The position numbers and the translations under genes were made by a program. From the NCBI GenBank assembly GCA_044226015.1, contig JBGAHS010000005.1:416001-480000 (forward strand): a stretch of DNA of 64,000 nucleotides, in the 5' to 3' direction. Below the pieces are notes generated by a model. The model saw nothing but the letters and a program-made list of their open reading frames with translations. It was not told the DNA's origin and did no database searches. Each line of letters opens with the position of its first letter. Positions within the stretch are counted from its first letter, which is position 1. Origin of the DNA: Candidatus Obscuribacteraceae bacterium. Its GTDB lineage: Bacteria > Cyanobacteriota > Vampirovibrionia > Obscuribacterales > Obscuribacteraceae. This document shows, one piece after another, positions 57,536 through 64,000 of the stretch.

Positions 57536-59830
57536 TTATGCCTGTTCTATTGTTGAGTTCCGATGTCGTTCGATTATTGCATCCTTCTGCTTTTCGACAG
57601 ACAAACCTGTTTTCAATCCGAGAACGAACCATCCCAGTGCTAAAATTCCAATTGCGAAAATGGTGTCGCCGATAACTCGAAGCCATCTCAGAATGTTCAT
57701 CAGATCTGTCTGCAAAAACTCTGCTGAGCGCGCATACCACATGCCGTGTTCGGCGCTTGCCCACGTTTGCAAAAGTCCTACGGGAAGCAAGCTAAGTAGC
57801 ACCATAAGCGAGAGTCCAATATTTATTGACCAGAATGAATAAGCTAACATTTTTGTTTTCCAAACATTCCTGCTTGCCAGACCCTTCAGGCAAAAAAGCA
57901 TTAGACCAATTCCAAGCATGCCATAAACACCAAAAAGCGCTGTGTGTCCATGTACAGCAGTAGTGTTCAAACCTTGCATGTAATAGAGAGCAATAGGGGC
58001 ATTGATCAAAAATCCGAACAAGCCTGCGCCGACAAAATTCCAGAATGCAACAGCAACGAAAAAATAAATCGGCCATTTGTAAGCAGCTACCCAATCTCTG
58101 GCATGACTTAGTGTTAGATTCTCATACCCTTCGAATCCTATTAATACCAGTGGTACTACTTCAAGCGCGCTAAAAGAAGCACCCAGAGCTATTATAGCCA
58201 TCGGGGTTCCTGTGAAATAAAGATGATGGAAAGTACCGATGATGCCTCCTGTCAGGAAAATTATGGTAGAGAATAGAACACTCGATGTTGCTGTACTAAT
58301 CGGTAATATCTTCATTCGCGTGAAAAGAAAAGCAATTACTACAGTCGCAAATACTTCGAAAAAACCTTCAACCCATAAATGCACTACCCACCAGCGCCAG
58401 TATTCTGCTATTGCCAGATTTGTCTGCCTTCCCCACATCAGTCCAGCGCAGTAGAACACCGCAATAGCGAGTGACGAAATAAGAAAAAGACCTAAGAGGT
58501 GGCGATTCTCAGAAGGCGTTTTTATTGCTGGCATGAGTGCCCGGCACATTAAAGTCAACCAGAGGAAAAGCCCTACCGCCAGGAATATTTGCCAGAATCT
58601 TCCAAGATCAACATATTCATATCCCTGGTGCCCTAGCCAGAAGTTCATTTCTAGACCCAGGCGTTGTTGCACAGCTAGCCACTGTCCGGTCATTGAACCT
58701 ATAACAATGATAAGTAAGCAGGCGAATAGAAAGTTCACTCCTGCACGTTGAAACTTTGGCTCGCTTCCAGAAACAGCTGGGGCTATGAACAATCCCGTAG
58801 CCAACCATGTGGTGGCAATCCAAAAAATACCCAGTTGTGTGTGCCAGGTGCGGGTGACTGCATAAGGTAGCCAGTTCGCCAGGGGGATTCCATAAAATCC
58901 TGCACCTTCAACACCATAATGAGCTGTGATGGCGCCTAATCCGACCTGTGCAACCAAAAGCGCTCCTGCAGTCCAAAAATATTTCAGCGTAGCTTTCATT
59001 GATGGAGTCGGTTCAAGCGCCAGCAAGGGGTCTTTCTCAGGGACTTCATTCTCCGCTGCTATGTTATGTCGCTGAGCTGCGAAGTACCATGAAAGCGTGC
59101 CAACACCGGCAAGTAGCAGTACAAAGCTAAGCACCGACCAGACGATGATCTCTCCTGTAGGTTGATTGCCTACGAGTTCTTCAGGTGGCCAATTGTTTGT
59201 GTAAGTCACCAATTTTGATGGACGATTGGTACAACAAGCCCAAGATGTCCAGAAAAAGAAGGCATTGAGTTTTTTCATGCGAGCATCATCTTTGATTGCA
59301 TTAGCTGGAATTGCGTATGCATTTCGCAATTTTTCAAGCTCTGGGGCGTTCCCAAATAACTTCGTGTAATGGGTAAAAACATTTTTGATAGCTTCAGCAC
59401 GACGACTGGAAACGGTTAACACCCTTGATTGAAGATCGAGATTATTCGTGCGTAGCTCGTTCTTAACTCGGGTCTTTATTAGTGCTTGTTGCTCATTGTT
59501 TATTTTGGCAAAGCCGTTAGAAAATTCTGCTTGAGACCAGTCGTTTGCCAACCATTCTGCTTCGCGATGCAGGAAATCAGCCGACCAATCAGGTGCAACA
59601 TATGCTCCGTGTCCCCAAATGGATCCGACTTCTTGTCCACCCATCGATTGCCAGATGTTCTGTCCATCTTTGATGTCTTCTGCTGTAAATAGCAGGCTGC
59701 CATCATCTACTTTAACGAGATTGGGAATCGGCGGAGATTGAGCATAAATTTCGACGCCGTAGTATCCAAGCACGGCGAATGACAACACAATAACTATAAT
59801 GAGACCGGTCCAGAGTTTCTTGTAGCTCAC
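57536..59830 (-). CDS. norB: quinol-dependent nitric oxide reductase (qNor)
   Basis: GSIWGHGAYVAPDWSAD, RTWHTQL, QGYEYVDLGRFWQ, WWVVHLWVEGFFE, GTFHHLY, VHGHTAL; GTG start after GGAGA. Confidence 0.95.
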   Translation of the reverse strand: MSYKKLWTGLIIVIVLSFAVLGYYGVEIYAQSPPIPNLVKVDDGSLLFTAEDIKDGQNIWQSMGGQEVGSIWGHGAYVAPDWSADFLHREAEWLANDWSQAEFSNGFAKINNEQQALIKTRVKNELRTNNLDLQSRVLTVSSRRAEAIKNVFTHYTKLFGNAPELEKLRNAYAIPANAIKDDARMKKLNAFFFWTSWACCTNRPSKLVTYTNNWPPEELVGNQPTGEIIVWSVLSFVLLLAGVGTLSWYFAAQRHNIAAENEVPEKDPLLALEPTPSMKATLKYFWTAGALLVAQVGLGAITAHYGVEGAGFYGIPLANWLPYAVTRTWHTQLGIFWIATTWLATGLFIAPAVSGSEPKFQRAGVNFLFACLLIIVIGSMTGQWLAVQQRLGLEMNFWLGHQGYEYVDLGRFWQIFLAVGLFLWLTLMCRALMPAIKTPSENRHLLGLFLISSLAIAVFYCAGLMWGRQTNLAIAEYWRWWVVHLWVEGFFEVFATVVIAFLFTRMKILPISTATSSVLFSTIIFLTGGIIGTFHHLYFTGTPMAIIALGASFSALEVVPLVLIGFEGYENLTLSHARDWVAAYKWPIYFFVAVAFWNFVGAGLFGFLINAPIALYYMQGLNTTAVHGHTALFGVYGMLGIGLMLFCLKGLASRNVWKTKMLAYSFWSINIGLSLMVLLSLLPVGLLQTWASAEHGMWYARSAEFLQTDLMNILRWLRVIGDTIFAIGILALGWFVLGLKTGLSVEKQKDAIIERHRNSTIEQA

Positions 59831-60009
59831 TTCTCTATCTCCACTAACGCGTTGGTTTGAATTAGCATCTGTAGCTATCTGTGGCAAGTGCAGTGGTCGT
59901 CGATGGCATTCAAGTTTCGCCATCATTAGCAATTTCCAATCTTTTAGCAGTCTGCTGCTTCCTGTTTGCGTATAGATGCATGTGTGGGACGCGTAGCGCA
60001 GATGAGGAT

Positions 60010-60711
60010 ATGATGGGCGAATCGCATGATGTTGAAGTGAAACCAGCAGACAGACTTGCAGAGGCGGGCATTGTCCTGGTTCAGCAAGCAGGAATGGCGC
60101 TGGTAAACGATGCCTATCAATTTCCCGTTGTGAGTTCAGGGAAAATTGTCCCTTCTGGTAACGACGGCACTCTCAGCGTGAAGGGTCCTTATGATGAATA
60201 CCTGAAAACGTTCATGAAGCAACGCGATGATGGTAAAACATATTTTGGGACGTGGACTCACACGGACATTCTTGATTCGCAAAAGCAAAAGAATTCTGTG
60301 AAAGACGAAGTGAATGGTGGCGATTTTACGGTTATCTTGGTAAATAATAGGCTCGGCAGCCACACCGACTTCAAAGACGCGAATGGTGACACTCTCTTTC
60401 AAATGGATGGTCAGACTCAATTGACGCCGAAAGATGGTGTTATAAGAGACTCTATCAATGTTCTCTCGGACAATGCCGGAAACTATATGGGAGAAGTACA
60501 TCTGGTTGCGAAGCCAGTTGCTGGAAATGTACTGGATGTGACGGCGCAGTACAGATATCACGATACATATCTTGGCGATGTTGAGTTAGTTATGACTCTT
60601 GATCCGAAAACGAATTACACTTCTGCTGATATTCAAATTGCAAAAAAATGGAATCCACCACCGCCACCACCACCAGTGGCACCTGCTACTGCAACCACTC
60701 CAGCAAAGTAG
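60010..60711 (+). CDS. hypothetical beta-rich protein with a poly-Pro C-terminus
   Basis: RBS GAGG; ends WNPPPPPPPVAPATATTPAK. Confidence 0.7.
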   Translation: MMGESHDVEVKPADRLAEAGIVLVQQAGMALVNDAYQFPVVSSGKIVPSGNDGTLSVKGPYDEYLKTFMKQRDDGKTYFGTWTHTDILDSQKQKNSVKDEVNGGDFTVILVNNRLGSHTDFKDANGDTLFQMDGQTQLTPKDGVIRDSINVLSDNAGNYMGEVHLVAKPVAGNVLDVTAQYRYHDTYLGDVELVMTLDPKTNYTSADIQIAKKWNPPPPPPPVAPATATTPAK

Positions 60712-60712
60712 A

Positions 60713-61876
60713 TCAGTTTGGCGGCAATTCAGCCAGCAAAAGTTTGATGGCATTGCCACCCATTATCTGGCGAATCTGCTCATCTGAAAACCCTTCGTCA
60801 ATCAAAGCTTGAGTCAACAAAATCATATTGGATGCATCAAATGGTACAGTTACAGTGCCATCGAAGTCAGAACCCAGCGCAACATGTTCTACCCCTATTT
60901 TGTTTGCTGCGTACCTAATTGACTTCGCGATTGCTGCCACATCGCTTGCGCCAACGGACGTGGGCCAGAAACCGATACCGATTAAACCGCCAGTTTTTGC
61001 GATTGCCCTGATTTGTTCGTCTGAGAGATTTCTTGGGTTATTACAGACACCCTTTAATCCTGTATGTGAAACCAGGAGAGGTCTCTTGCTGATGTGAACA
61101 GTGTCGTAAATCACTTGCTTAGATGCATGGGCTAAGTCTACTAACATATGCTTTTCTTGCATTAGCCGTATCATGTCTTTGCCTTTAGCGGTCAGCCCTG
61201 TATCATGCATTCCGTGTGCTGAAGCACCAAAGTCATTGTCGAAAAATTGTGTCGGTGCCATCATGCGGACGCCGTTTTCGTAGAAAAGATTGATGTTAGC
61301 CAAATTTCCATCGAGTGCATGAGCTCCTTCGATACCGAGAAAGCCAGCGGTGCATAACTTATTTTGCTCTCTAGTTTTAAGGTAGTTATTCAAATCTGCG
61401 GAGGACTTGATCAGATAGAAGCTGCCTTTTGAATTATCTGAGAATCTTTGCAATTTCTGGCACTGATAAATAGTTCTTTCTTTGAGACTATTCCAGGTTT
61501 GGGGTGGCCATCTCTCGGCGATTGCAAGAAGAGTGATGTCGTCAGAGGCTGCTGTATTCTTCTCAAGTTCAAGATTTGACGGCACTTTCGAAACAATTGT
61601 GAAAGCTTGAAGAGCAAGATTTCCTTCGATCATCCGGGGCACGTCCACGTGTCCTACTTCGTTTTTCACAAGGATGTTGCGGTTCCACAAAAGAGTGTCA
61701 GCATGGAGATCCACGATGATCAGAGTTTTGTGCAGATTCAGTGCGTGAGCACTAATTTCTGAATGCTTGTCTGCACTTATTCTGTTGAAATGCCGTTCTA
61801 CTGCCATTGGCAAGCTGAAGTAGAGCATTAGCAAAACAACAAAAGCAAGAGCCAGGCACAGTCCGATTTTCCGCAC
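60713..61876 (-). CDS. membrane dipeptidase (peptidase M19)
   Basis: IVDLHAD, GHVDVPRM, GIEGAH, VDLAHAS, VSHTG, RNLSD, LGSDFDG. Confidence 0.93.
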   Translation of the reverse strand: MRKIGLCLALAFVVLLMLYFSLPMAVERHFNRISADKHSEISAHALNLHKTLIIVDLHADTLLWNRNILVKNEVGHVDVPRMIEGNLALQAFTIVSKVPSNLELEKNTAASDDITLLAIAERWPPQTWNSLKERTIYQCQKLQRFSDNSKGSFYLIKSSADLNNYLKTREQNKLCTAGFLGIEGAHALDGNLANINLFYENGVRMMAPTQFFDNDFGASAHGMHDTGLTAKGKDMIRLMQEKHMLVDLAHASKQVIYDTVHISKRPLLVSHTGLKGVCNNPRNLSDEQIRAIAKTGGLIGIGFWPTSVGASDVAAIAKSIRYAANKIGVEHVALGSDFDGTVTVPFDASNMILLTQALIDEGFSDEQIRQIMGGNAIKLLLAELPPN

Positions 61877-62055
61877 GAATCACTCCTGAAATGTCGAGGA
61901 GATTATTATTGTAGTTGATTGCGAATAGTCTCTGTAGTCTTCTTTGTGCTGTCATTGAAAGTTCATTTCAGCCGTCATTGAAAGCTCGTTTCCTCAGTTG
62001 TTCTCTGAACAGATATCGGTTGCCTATTCTTTGGCAATCCTATTGTGGGGGGGGG

Positions 62056-62253
62056 ATGGTTGTGATCGAATCGACACCGAATCCAGCGAAGCTCTTTCTA
62101 GGACATGATTGGGCAGAACCAGAACCAATCAGAACCTCATATGTTCACTCAACGCCTACACTGCGTATGCTTGCAAAATCGTTCGAAACCCTGCATTCAC
62201 GCCAGAGCTGGCTGCTTTGCCTGGAGCCAGATTATTTAACCTGGGATGAGTGA
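62056..62253 (+). CDS. small hypothetical protein
   Basis: MVVIESTPNP...LTWDE following a G9 run; weak support. Confidence 0.35.
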   Translation: MVVIESTPNPAKLFLGHDWAEPEPIRTSYVHSTPTLRMLAKSFETLHSRQSWLLCLEPDYLTWDE

Positions 62254-62318
62254 TTACCGTCTTTTAATCTTTCTCCGCGCGTGGTACATAAGGGGTATCC
62301 AGCGGCGGTATTCCAGAA

Positions 62319-63413
62319 TTGCGTAGATTCGGGCTTCTGTTAACTCTAAGTCTCGTTTTTGGCGGGCAATCGTGCCTTGCCGATGACGTTAAATTGTCGC
62401 AACTGCCGCCTCCGCCTCAGCCCTCGATGTATTTGCAAGGTGGCGTACAGCAGACTTATCGGGTTCCAGGTCCCCAGCAGTATCAATATTGTCCACCGAT
62501 GAACGGATTTGCAACGTATCAGCAAGGCTGGTACGCATTGGGCACACAACAGTACCAGGTGGCAGCCGATTACTTCCAGATAGCCGGTGACCAAATGGAA
62601 GCTACCATGGGTCAGACTAAGTTTCTGGCGGAAGCAAGATTCGCTGAAGGTCAAACCAGGAAGTTAATCGGTCAATACGACCGCTCTCGTGATTGCTATA
62701 AACGTGCAATAGCGATATTTGAACAGACTGACCCGAAGAGCTTTTACCTTAATGCTGCAAAGTCTGCCCTTAAGGAAATGCAGCCTAAGTTAGATAAAGT
62801 GCCAGCTCCCAAATCAAACAAGCCTCTCCGTGCTGAGGTCAAGCAGAGTCAGGCTCTCTTAACTCCTATGCCTAACCCTGGGTTTGAAAAGGTTGAAGAG
62901 AATGTGCCGTTGAGTGGCAATGTGACGCAGTTGGATAATGGCGTTGATATCTCCACTTTGCACGACGGTGATTTCTTTAATCGGTCTCGCGGAACCTTAC
63001 CGCAGGCTGCTGGAGTCGATATCAGCGATACATTTTTGAAAGATGCCGTTCATAAGTCATTCTTGAAAATGAATTGCATGGAGACCACCATAGTTGGTGC
63101 CAACCATTACACTGCGAATACTGAGTACAAGGCTCTCCGCTCAAAAGGCAAACCCATTGCAGTTGGCGTAGGAAGCGATTTGTTGTGCCCCACAGCTGAG
63201 TTGAGAATCAACGGTAAGATTTGCAAGGTTCCTATGGATCTTCCGGGCATTTCGCCAAACTCTCGCAACGTTTTGCTTGTCACAGATGACAGACACATTT
63301 TAGCTTTGGACCCTCGAACAAGCGAAGTCTGGAAACTCTGTAGCAACTTTAAGAAGAAGATTCCAGATTTCTGGTGGTGGAAGTTGCAACGTCGCAAGGG
63401 TGCGAAGTTCTAA
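62319..63413 (+). CDS. exported TPR-containing hypothetical protein
   Basis: Signal peptide; AEARFAEGQTRKLIGQYDRSRDCYKRAIAI TPR. Confidence 0.75.
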   Translation: MRRFGLLLTLSLVFGGQSCLADDVKLSQLPPPPQPSMYLQGGVQQTYRVPGPQQYQYCPPMNGFATYQQGWYALGTQQYQVAADYFQIAGDQMEATMGQTKFLAEARFAEGQTRKLIGQYDRSRDCYKRAIAIFEQTDPKSFYLNAAKSALKEMQPKLDKVPAPKSNKPLRAEVKQSQALLTPMPNPGFEKVEENVPLSGNVTQLDNGVDISTLHDGDFFNRSRGTLPQAAGVDISDTFLKDAVHKSFLKMNCMETTIVGANHYTANTEYKALRSKGKPIAVGVGSDLLCPTAELRINGKICKVPMDLPGISPNSRNVLLVTDDRHILALDPRTSEVWKLCSNFKKKIPDFWWWKLQRRKGAKF

Positions 63414-63628
63414 CTAAGTGCTTGTACTTTTGTTCGGAAGCACCAATCATCTTCTTAGAAAACTTTTTGAGTATCTTAGACTCTCCAGTTTGCTCAGCAT
63501 CAGCTGAGCGCAATATGTTATTTCACAACAAAGAGCTGCATAGGAACTTATCCTGTGAGGCTTTGCACGTTGTTCACACGTACTCCGTTGTTAACTAATA
63601 TTAGTTGGCCTACTGGGAGAAAGTTGCA

Positions 63629-64000
63629 ATGGCTGAAAACGGAGTTGAATCCACCAATCGTGTTGTCGAGCATTCATCGGACAGGGGGGGGTCTGATCCA
63701 TTCTCTGAATATCGAATTCCGCAATTCAATGCGCCTGCTCCGGGGCAGGGTGGAACGTTCGTTGAATGGCAGATGGATCGCAAGTGCAGTTCGATGTTAC
63801 ACAGCATGAGCCTGACGGGTGATTTTGTCACCAGCACTGCCAAAGACAATCCTAACATTGTAGTTGCACCTACTGCTCTTAGTCGAATGACCCAGGCAGA
63901 TATCAATCAATGTGCTGCAACAATGCCAGCAACATCTTATTATGCGAAACGCGATGCGAACGGCGATGTGAATTACATAGGATATCGGCGTTCTGCGCCG
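63629..64000 (+). CDS. 3'-truncated hypothetical protein
   Basis: RBS GGGAGA, ATG at 63629; frame open to the window end (MAENGVESTNRVVEHSSDRGGSDPFSEY...). Confidence 0.6.
   Translation, partial: MAENGVESTNRVVEHSSDRGGSDPFSEYRIPQFNAPAPGQGGTFVEWQMDRKCSSMLHSMSLTGDFVTSTAKDNPNIVVAPTALSRMTQADINQCAATMPATSYYAKRDANGDVNYIGYRRSAP

Overview
A gene-dense bacterial chromosomal window (standard code 11, with TGA used as a normal stop in many genes). I saw no rRNA, tRNA, CRISPR array or intact transposase. The gene content suggests a cyanobacteria-related, probably non-photosynthetic lineage such as Melainabacteria/Obscuribacterales (DUF1822-like protein, cytochrome c6-like protein, many TPR proteins); this is inference only. 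Recognisable blocks, in order: (1) a PqqD/RRE + ATP-grasp + PLP decarboxylase + urea-transporter::M23 fusion operon, coupled to a BaeS/BaeR-like two-component system and preceded by BaeR-like boxes; (2) a full kdpFABCDE operon with an extra unannotated 29-aa membrane peptide gene; (3) assorted hydrolases, an orphan secY paralog and a truncated globin; (4) a Tad pseudopilin/TPR cluster divergent from a tandem-MshEN protein; (5) tryptophan 2,3-dioxygenase; (6) a sigma70-like::HhH fusion and DUF1822-like pair divergent from a membrane trypsin/DUF4384 pair; (7) a predicted exported thioredoxin-like selenoprotein (in-frame Cys-TGA plus a SECIS-like hairpin, split into two ORFs by the ORF track) convergent with qNor. 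The best novelty candidates are the RRE/ATP-grasp/decarboxylase/transporter-peptidase system, the selenoprotein and the sigma-HhH/trypsin module. All family assignments come from reading motifs by eye; no searches were run.
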